A DNA stretch of 64,000 nt from the NCBI GenBank assembly GCA_964234715.1, contig OZ174276.1, one strand, 5' to 3'. This DNA comes from Podarcis melisellensis (lineage: Eukaryota). The position numbers and the translations under genes are program-made. The notes below the pieces were generated by a model. That model saw only the letters and a list, made by a program, of their open reading frames with translations. It was not told the origin of the DNA and ran no database searches. Of this stretch, positions 24,286 to 35,927 are shown piece after piece; within the stretch, counting starts at the first letter, position 1; each line of letters starts with the position of its first letter.

Positions 24286-27200
24286 TTGCTATTAACTTCT
24301 TTTGAAGGAAAAAAGACAGCAATCAGGAGTCTCCTCACACCCAAAGGATTTCTTATCTGGTTACTAAGTCAGCAGTTTGTTATTCAGGTGTGTCATTTTC
24401 ACTTTATATTAATGAACAAGACAGTCAGGCATGGAGCATAGCTTCCTAAGATCACTAAGTAAATTCCGCTTCAGAAACAGCTAACCATTTTTTTGCTACT
24501 TAGGACCCATTTGTAGAATAAACAAAGAGGAGTTTCAGGTCTTGCTGGACGTAAGTGGAACAGACTCCCTCACAAGATGGTAGGGTCTCCTTCATTGGAG
24601 GTTTTTGGGCAGAGGTTGGATGCCCATCTGTCATGAATGCTTTAGTTGAGATCCTGCCTTGCAAGGAGCAGGACTAGGGAACCCACAAGGTTGTATAATT
24701 CTGTTCTCACTTGGACCGTTCTCTATCGCTGGGGTTGCTAATGTGTCACCAGTGGGTGCTCTGACACTCTTGAGGACCTATCCTCAGGAGCATGAAGCCT
24801 ATGAGCCCCTCTCCTGCTCCCCACACATACACTGCCCCCTTTGTCATGAGATTGCAAGGGTGATTACCACCAGCCCTGGCCCCAAAACTACATAGAGCTG
24901 AAGAAGGAAGTCAGAAGAGCAACACTTCCTCTTTCATCTGAATGTGCTTTTCCCAGGCTCAGATCAGCACCTGGGCTGGCGAAAAAGTGTATATTGGACT
25001 CCAACTCCCTATCAGTCCTAGCCAGCATGACTAGTGGCCAGGGAAGGTAGGAGATAGAGTCCTATGGAGGGTCACAGGTTCCCCATCCTAGATGTCATGT
25101 TTTACTTACTTCTCTTCCTGTCCTGTCTTACAGTTTCAGCCTATTATCTTTATCCTCAACATTTTTGCTTGTGTATCTTTTATTCCCTGCACTTTAAACA
25201 TGTTACGTGTCTCTGTTTCCCTTCGCTGACTTCCTCTATTGTTCCATTTTAAATTTAAACTTTTGACCTTTAAGCCTCCTCATGGTCTTGCTCCTTCTTC
25301 TTTATCTATCTTCATTGCTTTCTGCCTCTCCTCCTTCTTAGCTGCTCAGTCTATCAAATACGCATCTTACTAACCCTCCTTTAAGCGTCCCCACTTTTGT
25401 GGCTTGGGTTTTTCTTGGCCCCTTGTGCACTGAATTCTCTCACTTCAGATACTCAGCTGGCCTCTTTGCCTTGCTTTAGGATATTATTAAAACACTCGCC
25501 GTGCTCTCTCTTGCATTTCTGTGTGTTTTCTTCTTTTCTTATTGTTACGATTATTAATTGAATAGTTTTTAACTCTGTCTTGCTTCCTTTTGCTTTCATC
25601 CAGCAAAGTTCTTTCTTCCCCTCCTTACAACTCCCCTCTCCTTTGGTCTCATGTATTTTAAATTGTGAGCCTCAGGGAAGGAGCTCTGCTCAGGTACAGT
25701 TCTTAGTATATATTAGGCATTTTATAAATAATAAACAATGACGACGCTATGTGAGCACTCGATGCAAATGGCTGCAATGGTACAAAGTAGGGCTGGGGCA
25801 GAGGGGGTGACTTGTTCCAGGATCACAAAGCCCATATGCACAGACCTCTTTGCTTGAACATGGGGTATTCTTCTAGGTGTGCAATGGAAATGAGGCTGTG
25901 TGGCCTCAGAAGTATCAAGCGGCAAAGTCCCAAACCCAGTGCAGAGCTCTTTGGTGGGGTCTTCCAGGTGGAGGCTCCTAGACACAGGGCCACCAACCAA
26001 GTGCTGTTACACTGAGATAGAGGTCCCTGTTTTTCCCTGCTCCGAGGCTAGGCGTTTCCTCCGCACCCCCTTTTCCCTGCAAGGGACTTCTTTCCAAGCC
26101 TGTCAGAATTATTTTGTCTGATTGTACCTGCTGCAGAAAATCAACCTGATTACCTTCCTTGATGTAGATCTATCTGAACAGCTGGGGGCGGGGGGACTCC
26201 ATTATCACCAGCCCAGCTCTCCCAGAGTGCATGTAGCTCCTGACAGGTGAGAAGCTGTGCACTGCACAGCGCCTGCAATGGCTGGGAGCCAAAGCCCAGC
26301 AGCGCATACAGAGAGGAGAGGGAGCTGCATGTGAGAGCTGGAGCCATCAAGGCACGCAAAGGCCAAAATGCTGCTGGAGAGGAGCCGGTCTTGGGAGAGG
26401 GGAGAGCTTCTACTGGGCACACTGCATGCTGGAATGGATACCACGCAGCCTGCTTTTTGCACACCATCTCTCTTTTTCTGGCCCTATAGCCCATCAGAGG
26501 TTCCATGTGGATGGCTACATCTGAGCAAGGGTCCAACACATGCTAGGAGACCACTGGCTAACTCTTGACTATTTAGCATTGTTAAATGGTAATGAGCTAG
26601 TAGCAAAGCCCCACCATGACAGCCAGTAGTTAATTGTGCTACTTAATACCAAAGCAATGCCATTGAAAGAATCCCCAGCCTCTGAGTGAGTAGAGGAAGG
26701 CATCCTGTAGGATTGGAGGTCTTCTAGTAGGCAGGGCACTTCCAGGGGTGACAGCTGAGTGTGATGTGTTCTGTCATGCTTTTGGATGTGGGACATCAGT
26801 GTGGCTGCCCCATGGATGAACATCTGCTTACAGAGGCTTCCTCTGGAGTTCTAGCCTTCCCAGTGTGGAAATTAAATTTTAAAGAAGACTTCGTTAGCCA
26901 AGAGAATGCTTTTCATGAGCCTAATTGTGGTGCAGGGAGCAATGGGGTGCAGGTGGGGAGGGGAAAGTTGTGACTCATTTGTGGTGCCCACAACAGTTCC
27001 TCCAGGTGGCAGATGCACCCATGGGCCAAAAGGGGTTAAAGATGCCAGTTTTAGGGGTAGGAGTGTCCTGTCGTCCCCCCCCCCCCCGCCGCCTTCTTCC
27101 TACCACCAAGAGTCAGGGTTTGCCTTCTCTGGGTCATCTGAAGGGCTTTTGTAAGATAAGTTGGGATTTTTTATTATTATTTCTGGGCCAGGAGAGCTTA

Positions 27201-28232
27201 CTGCTTGAAGTGGGGCAAGGAGGTATGAGTATTTATCATAGAGCCACAGGCAGGCATTTAATCGTGTTACAAGAGCAGACAGCAGCACTTTATGGGGTAG
27301 GTGTTGCATAGCCAGTTGTCCCCCTGGGAAACAAGCTGCAGTTGGTCTTTATCCCAAGCATGACCTGGTTCTTATCCCAGCCAGAGACAAAAGCCTGGGA
27401 GGGAGGGAAGAGTGTGTGTTTGTGGTAGGCAGTGAGGGACAGGGACTGGGGTTAAGCAGGATGGAAACAGGCCAGCTTTGGACTCTGTTAAATGGAAGGA
27501 AGGGGAGAAAGAGAAGGGAGGAGGAGTGGAGCACAAAGCGGTACTAGCATCCAGCTGAAAGCACAAAGTGGGGAGGGTGGTATGGTTTGGGCTGGAACAA
27601 CCCTTTCGCTAGCCTCATTTGCACTCCTGAAATCCTTCCCTTCTGCTGCTCTGCATCTGTATGTTTCCCTCCACCTCTTCCCTGCCACCTCCTGCAAGAT
27701 CAGGTGCACTTGCTTCAGGGATGGAGTCTTTGTGTTGAACTGTAATGAGATTTCTGCTTGGCTGAGTGGAGAGACGATCCAAAGCAGACGTCTTGCACTG
27801 TCTCCCCAAGCCATGCTGCAAGCCTGCCCATTGTAACTCTCCCTCACAAGCATTGGCCCAGCTTCTGGGAGATGAAAAACCATCCTTCCTGATACTGATG
27901 TAGGCTGGGGTCAGGAGCAAGCACCATGAGGCTGGCTACCCTAAAAACCTATCAGAAACACTAATATGTTTCAGAAGTGATGCTACACCATAGTTTACCA
28001 TTACCTGCATGAAGCTGCTCCTTTCTCGCATGGCACAGGCACGAGGGGGAATCATCCATTTCCATTTTTCACTAACCACAGGTTCTTGTTGCATCCACAC
28101 TGCAAACTGCCTTAAGTTTTAACTGGTTTATTGAACAAACCAGGACCATAAACCAACATTTGAAGGTGGCTTGTTTGAACCAATCACAGTGAAAACTAAC
28201 TAGCTTGTCCTGGTTCACACCAAACACCACAA

Positions 28233-29164
28233 TGGGTGGGATTCATCTAAATTACTCTGATGGTGTTTCCTGCTTGGCAGGGGGTTGGACTCGATGGCCC
28301 TTGTGGTCTCTTCCAACTCTATGATTCTATATTGTCAGAGCGCATGCTGGTCAGTAAATCACACAAAGTTCAAAGTTGGAGTTAACTCTTTATTAGCAAA
28401 ACCATGATCTTGGCAGACTTGGTTGAGCATCACACCTAATGAACACAACAGCTCATTCCCTGTGGGTCTTACTCCATGAAATCAGTTGCCGATGCTGAAA
28501 GTCCCTGCCTTCCGACAGCTTGTGTCATCTGCTCTCCAGGGCTTTTCCCAAGCAGTCAGAGACCACGCCTTCATGCAGCCTATCATTGTTCTGCTCTTTT
28601 CAGCCCTCTTCTTGTTCTGGGAGACAGGGGGGAAGGGAGCTTCTTACAGCAGGAGGGGGAGACATCTGTGACACTAGCCTGACTCATCTCTTCCTCTTGC
28701 CTCTTGGCCTCCCTCCTTCCACTCTCTTGCTTCAGCATCTGCCTCTGATTCTGGGCTTATCTCTGCCACCGACTCTCCCAACTCACTCTCCCAAGCCCTG
28801 CTACCTCTTCAGCTTCTGAACCCTCCTCTTCCCAGTCTTCTCCCTTTTCTCCTTCTGACCATTCATCGCTGTCCCACCACCACTCCCAGGGCTCTGAACC
28901 TTCTTCCCTTGGGTGTTCCCCAGCTGGCTCCTCTCACCATTCATCCGTGTCCAACCAGTCCATGACAATTACTGTGTGCACAGACTGAAGTCTAGTCATG
29001 CAATCTTGCTTCCCCTCCCTCACCCCCTAAATCTGTTCGGGGGGGGGGTTGGGGAAACACCAAGAACAGATTTAGGAAGTGCACAAGGGGAGCAAATCTC
29101 ACTTTGTGAGTGGACTTCATTCTGTGCACCCATATCCCACTGAGCATGACCCTGAATTCCACCC
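28233..29164. mobile_element. Fold-back MITE hosting a CR1 3' fragment and LTR A
   Basis: Terminal gggtgggattca / tgaattccaccc inverted repeat; internal cctaaatctgttc / gaacagatttagg palindrome. Confidence 0.55.
28333..28967 (-). mobile_element. LTR-like element A (probably solo Gypsy-type LTR) with decayed internal ORF
   Basis: TGTCA...TGACA termini; minus-strand AATAAA at 28389-28394; homologous along its length to 35928-36528. No clean TSD seen. Confidence 0.7.
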
Positions 29165-29869
29165 AATGTGGTTAGTTGAAAATAGAAGAACTTGCCTCTG
29201 ATTTCTTCACAGGAACCAGCATTCAGAAGCATATTGCCGCTGATACTGGAGGCAATATATATCTAGCCTTTGTGACTAGCAGCCGTTGACAACCTTATCC
29301 TCTGTGAATGTGTGTAATTCCCTTTTAAACTATGAAATTCATTACCAAAAGATGTAGTGATAGATGCCATCAGTATAACTTGTGGTGGCAAATTCCATGA
29401 TTTAACTATGCATTATGCGAAAAAGCTCTTCCTTAATCAAATTTTGACAGTATGCTCTGTCAGGCCCTCATGTTGCAACACACACACAAATTCCCATTGC
29501 TCGGATGTAGCTGCAAGAATGGGGGTGAGGTGGAGGTCCTGGTGAACTCCTGCCTGAAATCAAGCATGACATGCAGACTACTATGACTACTCAGCAAACT
29601 TAATGGCAGAATCGGGATCTGAACTCTGATCTTCCTGTTCAAAGTTTAACACTATCCACGCTGGCACAGTTTGTCCTTCGCTGGAGGCTGAGCAGGGACA
29701 GCAATGGTCAGGGATATATTAAGTCAATGTGACAGACAGCAGTATATCTCACCTCCATGTAGTGGATTGGACAGATGACCTGGGATCACTTGCAGCCTCA
29801 CAATGCTTTGATTCTGCTGTGACTCAGTGCTTGTTAAACTAAAGGGCAATTTATATGGCCATGGTTATG

Positions 29870-30100
29870 GCTTAATTCAATCTGTGCAGCCACTGTTTTC
29901 TCCTAGCACGAATGGAACATGCGCATGGCAAACTGGTCATGTGCATCAGACCTCCATAAGCACAAACTGACAGCATGCCATCGATAAGCTGTGGGAGAAA
30001 ATCCACATAGCTCATTGTGAGCACGCCAGCGATTTGTGCTTGTGCCAGGCCAATGCACATGACCAGTTTGCCACAAGCACATTCATTCAGCTTATGCAGG
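29870..30100. repeat. Fold-back (hairpin) element
   Basis: Perfect 21-bp inverted repeat at 29926-29946 / 30053-30073, plus inner imperfect arms. Confidence 0.75.
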
Positions 30101-30799
30101 ATTGGGATGGCAGGGAAGGTGGTCTGCACAGTTTGCAAAACAAGCCCCCAAAGACTTGAGCAAATATGTGTAAAGATTGTTTCTCCCTGCACAGTGCTCT
30201 GCTGAATTTTGTACAGCGATAAGCAACATGGATTCCCTCTGTCACAATATAATTTTTTTTCTGACAGCCCCCAGGGAGGCCCTTCCATCTGCATGCCTGC
30301 CCAATAGGCTTAGGGTGTTCTCACAACTGATGCTAAAAATGGCTTCCAGTCTGGAATATGTCATTTGTGAATGTTATTAATGTGGAATACGGGGGGGAGA
30401 GAACCATTTTTAAAAGGAACGTACATTCTAGCCATTGTACGCTTTATATTTGTGTTACGGGTGCTTAAACTAAGTGAAGTGAACAGCATCTGTTTTTTTA
30501 AAAAAAATTAGCAAAGAGGATGGATTTTTGCAGATACCAAGGAAGAGATTGTAATCATCACTGTGTGAGAGCATGCATGCGATTTCAATTTAGGGATATG
30601 CTCAGATGTGTTTGTGTACTTGTGCGTACATTTATCATTTTCACCCTTTCACTAATTTCCCTTCAATAGAAGCTAAACCGGATTATTTATGAACTGTCAG
30701 TCCAGCTACTGCATGATTCCCCCCCCCCCCAGCTGCTTCCTTCTTCTTTTGGGGTTGGGCAGGAGACATAGGAGTGAACAGGTACATTTGCATAAATTT

Positions 30800-31800
30800 A
30801 TAGAATCATAGAATGGTACTGACCTGCCGGTAGTGGGTCTCCCCCCCTTTTTTGCCCACCTCCTGTCTGCAGGGACCTCACCTGTTCTCCAAGAATTCTC
30901 AAAAATATAGATAGAGGCTTTGAGATTACACCTGCAAGCTCCTTTAGTACCCTTGGATGCAGCTCATCAGGCCCTGGAGATCTGGATTCATTTAAAGTAG
31001 CTAGGTGTTCACATACCACCTCTTTTCCTGACTTTGGCTGCAGCTCCCTCTTTGCATTATTCTGTTATCACCAGGTTGGTCACTGCTTTCCTTTTGGGTA
31101 AAAACAGAGGCAAAGTAGGTGTTGAGCAGTTCCCTTTGTCCCCCAACAGCATTTCTCCATGCAGAGGACCGCTTGTTCTTGCTTCTGAACATAGCCAAAG
31201 TATCCTTTTAACTTTCCAGTGTGGTGTAGTGGTTAAGAGCGGTAGTCTCATAATCTGGGGAACCAGGTTCGCGTCTCCGCTCCTCCACATGCAGCTGCTG
31301 GGTGACCTTGGGCCAGTCACGCTTCTTTGAAGTCTCTCAGCCCCACTCACCTCACAGAGTGTTTGTTGTGGGGGAGGAAGGGAAAGGAGAATGTTAGCCG
31401 CTTTGAGACTCCTTCAAGGGAGTGAAAGGCGGGATATCAAATCCAAACTCTTATTCTCTCTTGCAAGCCTGAACTCATTCTGAGCTGTGGCCCACCTGAC
31501 CCTCCTGAAACTGTTGGCTACTTGTGTATACTCTTCCTTCGTGTTTTTCCCTTTCTCCCATTTCTTCTACATGCCCCTCTTACATCTGAGCTCATCTGCA
31601 AGCTCCTTAAGCAGCCACACCACTTTCTATAGATGCCGTCCACTTCTGTTTCTTGTTGGAATTGTCTGCATTTGAGCCTTCAATAGTTCACCTTTAAGAA
31701 ACTCCCATCCATCTTGGACTCCCTTCTCTTTTGAGTATTTCTGAGTATAGGATCTCATCCAGTAGTTCCTTAAGCTATTTGAAACCAGCCTCCTTAAAGT
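30800..31800 (-). mobile_element. CR1 LINE ORF2 remnant (internally deleted), split by a SINE
   Basis: Peptides KGVQDGWEFLKGELLKAQMQTIP, ELLNTYFASVFTQKE and SPGPDELHPRVLKELAGVISKPLSIF are CR1 ORF2 motifs; attctatgattctat-type tail at ~30800. Confidence 0.88.
31216..31456 (+). mobile_element. Squam3-like CORE-SINE inside CR1
   Basis: Near-identical to 4067-4327. Confidence 0.85.
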
Positions 31801-32837
31801 CCAAAGTATAAAGAGAAGATCCAACATCTTTGATTCAGGAAGGAGGCAGATCATAGGAATAGATTGCACTCTTTATAACTAAACTGGCATCCTTGGTGAA
31901 TTTTACCTCATTTCTGCATTACCTCTGTATATTCAGTAGAGGGATACAAAACTAAAATGAAGGAAGCACTCTTAATAAAAGGAGTGCAGTGCTGGCTGCA
32001 GACTTGAGTGCAAAATCTGAAGTGGTGAAACAGGGCCTAGAGAAAAGACACAAAAAAATGCTGGGGGTTGCACAACAAAATCTTGTCTGGACTTTGCCAC
32101 AAACAAAGACTCTGCCAATTGTACTATTGGGACAAGGAAGTCAGTAGCACCGGGGTTGACTTATGTGCTTGGACACCCACAGCCAGCCGGCTGGGTGTCA
32201 GCAAAAGCCTTCACCTGGAAATGCCTCCACATCCCAACCCACCCAAAAAGAACTGCAGGCGTTGAGTCAGTGGTTCAAGCATTCATGAACATCCTTTGAT
32301 TACTCACCAGGATGATTTGCAGCTGAAAGTGAAAACCAACTCCATAAAAAAGCAGAGCAACTGATGTGAAAATTCTATGTGGCTCATTCACATGAGCAAG
32401 TCCTCATTTGATGCTGCAGTAATGAAGAATAACCATATCTATGTGAACTGGCCCTTAGTTTGCATTTTATGGCTTCATTCATCCAATATTCACCTTCCTG
32501 CTATCTTTGCAAGGAGCCCCTAATAACAAATAAAAGGGTGTTGCTTCTAGCTGCTCTTTACACTGCTCTCTGGATTTCTCTATACACAATCTCTGACATC
32601 AGCGGACAGCCTTCCACCGCTCGCTCACATTTCGGATGCAACTGAGGCATGTAGGATTTCCTCCAAAGAGGTCAAAATAGTTTTCAAGGTCCCCACTCCA
32701 CCTCCTTCATCCTCACAACTCTGGGAGATAGTCAGAGAGTGACGGGTTCAAGGTCACCAGCAGATTTTACAGAAGTGCTGGGATCTGAACTCCCTCCAGT
32801 ACCACCCCTGTGCAAAGCCAAGGAGACTGCGCGACTG

Positions 32838-32963
32838 CCTCAGCCAGCAAAGCATGAGACGTTTAATCTCAGGGTTGTGGGGGTTGGGCAAAAAGATTCC
32901 TGCATTGCAAGAGGGTTGGGCTGGATGACCCTTGCGGGCCCTTCCAGCTCTGACATTCTATGA
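32838..32963 (+). mobile_element. tRNA-Lys/CR1-tail SINE
   Basis: agcatgagacgtttaatctcagggttgtgg...ttgggcaaaaagattcctgcattgc...attctatgat. Confidence 0.75.
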
Positions 32964-33139
32964 TGCCAACCCCAGCACCACACATACCAAGCAAAGTATA
33001 CCAATCCTCTACAGAAGTACCAGCAGTGGCGCAGTTAGGTGCTTTTAAACTCTGAACGCAACTGGGCTTTTCCAGACGTTAATGTGTTCCTTCAAGTCGC
33101 TTCAGAACGTGACTTACAACGTTTTGGGTCCCTCAGGAG

Positions 33140-33284
33140 CAGTGGCGTAGCGTGGGGGGTGCAGGGGGGCGGCCGCACCGGGCGCAACATCTGGGGGTTA
33201 GGGTTAGGGGGCGCAAATCCACGGGTTAGGGGGTGCAAATTACTTGCCTTGCCCCGGGTGCTGACAACCCACGCTACGCCACTG
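33140..33284. mobile_element. hAT MITE (145 bp)
   Basis: Perfect 17-bp TIR CAGTGGCGTAGCGTGGG; perfect 8-bp TSD CTCAGGAG at 33132-33139 and 33285-33292. Confidence 0.92.
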
Positions 33285-33305
33285 CTCAGGAGTGAGGCTG
33301 TGGAC

Positions 33306-33652
33306 CAGGGCCGGATTTAGGTTCGATGAGGCCCTAAGCTACGGAAGGTAATGGGGCCCTTTATATGTCCAGCTGTCCTTTGTCATCAAATTGTCGCTGT
33401 TTTTTGTGTTGAATATATGCCATATAGTAATTTATAGACCTAATAGGTATCTAAAGCCATTTTGCACATAACAAATAGGAGCCTACACAACACAAAACAC
33501 TGTTGCTGTATGTAGGTTTTATTTTATTTGTTTTTTATTTATATTTTGGAAATTTACATCCAGGTTTTTTTTGCTTTAAATTTTTTTGGGGGCCCCAAGA
33601 GAGTGGGGCCCTAAGCTATAGCTTGTTTAGCTTATACGTAAATCCGACACTG
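33306..33652. mobile_element. hAT MITE (347 bp)
   Basis: TIR CAGGGCCGGATTTA / TAAATCCGACACTG; 8-bp TSD CTGTGGAC / CTGCGGAC. Confidence 0.88.
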
Positions 33653-33679
33653 CTGCGGACTTGTGGCCCCAAAGTCTTG

Positions 33680-35300
33680 CGCTGACGCTCTCCCTAGTTA
33701 GCCCAAGTGAACTCTGCGAGACGGGCGGGCTTTTCCATCCCTGTAATTGCACGTGCCCGGCCCGCCAGTCCCTGCCAGCGTGCGAGCTTGTCATTGGCGG
33801 CGTCTCCTTCCCCCATCGCGGGGAGGCCGGGAGGCTGCTCGGGATAATTGGCTTTGAATCTGTTTACCTCAGCACTCGACGTCTCTCTCGCTCTCCGCTC
33901 CCACTTCGCCGCGGCGTCTCGGAAGCCACCTGGAGCTGCGCCCGCGTCCCCTTCTTCGCGCGTCGGGGGAAGAGGCAGCGAGGGACGCAGACAGGCAGGA
34001 GGGAGGAGGAGCAGCCGCCGGGCAAAGCCGCCTCGGGCAAAGCCGAGCCGAGCGCTTTAATTAGCGGGCGCTCCCCGAAGAAGAGAGGCGGCAACGCGGA
34101 AGAAGAAACGCCCGGCCGGCAAGGCGGCGTCACGCAATCGGCGGCGCCGTGTTTCCGTTTTTACGATTGTTTCTATTAGCCCGCCTTGCACCCGAACGCC
34201 CCAGGGCGGCCGACAGCAATAGAGCGAATGCAAATTAAAACCCAACCCCGCTTGCTCGATCCTCGCATATTCCTGCTTTGCAGAGGGTAGAGCTAGATGA
34301 CCCTCAGGGTCCCTTCCAACTCTACAATTTTATGATTTTAAAAGGGAAGAGTTTATCAGGGGTCTTTTCCCCAGCCGTTTCGAATAAAGCAGGCGGTGGG
34401 GGAACCCCAGCAAACCACCATGTCAGTTAAATGAACAACGCTCTTATTTGTGGGTTCTATAAATTGCCTTTTTTATTTGCGGCCTACAAGAACAGGCGTT
34501 TCGCGTGAGGCTCCCTCGCGCCCCCTGCGAGCGCCACGTGCTTCATTAGGGCCTGGAGTGTAGAAGAGGAAGAGAGCAGGGGGAGCGCATCCCGCTGCCA
34601 GCGCCGGCCCTCCGCGCGCTCCTAGGTGACCTCCTTTTGAATACCTCGTGGAAACTGGGCCAGATTATATGCTCATCAAACCATCAGTCGCCGCAGGCAG
34701 CGAGGGGAGGGGGTGGCTTTCTCGTCACCCAGTTTCCCACCAAGCACACACAGCTTGCCTTGCACCCCCCAACAGTGTCACCAAGCCTCCAAAAAGCTCT
34801 TCCCGTTCCTGGCACTTTCTTACTCCTGTGATGGCGTCGCTGGGCATCAGTGCGGCCTGTGTGATTTAGACGGTGTCTTGGCAGGAAGCGGAGAAGAAAT
34901 GGATGGAGAAATCGCGAGGGTTTGTGGCTGGAGCCCATGGATTCCTCCCCCTCCCCCCATCTCGAAACGCTGGGTCGGCGCCGCCGCCTGGATGGGAGAC
35001 GGGGTGGCCAACCTGTTGCCGCCGTCGAAGAGCTGTAAAGGGAGGCGAGAGAGGGGCAGTTTCACCCCTGGCAAGTCTTTTCCTGATGCAAGCCCTCTTC
35101 GGCCGCTTTTCTCCCAACTCGGCGTATTTCGAGACTCGGGGGGGAAACCGCGGCCGGATGGGCGAGGGAGCGCACGTACATGCACACACACACAAACACA
35201 CACTTTCTTGTGCGAGGTGTGCGAGTAGACAGTGGATTGGGGGCATCTCGGCGTGCTCGCGAGGAAAATGCTGCTGCAGCTGCTTGGCCCTGGTACAAAA
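33680..35300. promoter_or_regulatory. CpG island (enhancer- or promoter-like, no coding exon recognised)
   Basis: Dense CpG in mostly non-TE sequence; TAATTA, TTTTACGA (34159-34166) and octamer ATGCAAAT (34228-34235). Confidence 0.7.
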
Positions 35301-35593
35301 CCCACGCGCTTCAAAGCGATGTGTTGCACGGCAGACTGCTGTGACCATGTTGCTGGAAGCCAAGGAGGCGTCCTTAATGGAGCCTCGCTGTGTGGCAGGT
35401 GCAGGCAGGAACAGGATGATCGGTTGCCTATCTGGGCGTAAGGAAGGGAATGAGACTGCGGCTGAAAACCTGTAAACACACTCTTACCTGGGAGTTTGTG
35501 CCATAGAACGCCACCACACACAAGTCAGCATCACTCTCTGGATAATGCTTCACAAAACAGGAAGCTCCTTTCACCTGAAGGGAGAGAGAGAGA

Positions 35594-35725
35594 GATCAGT
35601 CAAAGGAGCATGAGACTCTTGAGCTCAGGGTCATGGGTTTGAGCCCCAAATTGGGCAAAAGATTCCTGCATTGCAGGGACTGGACTAGATGACTCTTATG
35701 GTCCCAACTCTAGAATTCTGTGACT
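35594..35725 (+). mobile_element. tRNA-Lys/CR1-tail SINE
   Basis: gagcatgagactcttgagctcagggtcatgggtttgagcccc..ttgggcaaaagattcctgcattgcagg. Confidence 0.75.
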
Positions 35726-35927
35726 CTCTGAAACCCAAAGGAAAATGAGAAGAGTTTTCACTTCTCCCTTTGCTAACTTTTCCCCACATTGGTTGGCTGA
35801 GTCAGTTTCCCTTCACAAATCAAGAGTTTGCCCTGGAATGTGCCCACCTAACCTGCCTCACACACATTGCAGGGAAGGATGAGTTACAGAAGACTAGCTT
35901 TCCAGAAGCTTGTCTTCCGTCACTGAA

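Noticed and set aside
33661-35521. Overlapping 165-224 aa ORFs
   Set aside because: Present on both strands, with low-complexity R/G/P/A composition expected from a CpG island; no recognisable domain.
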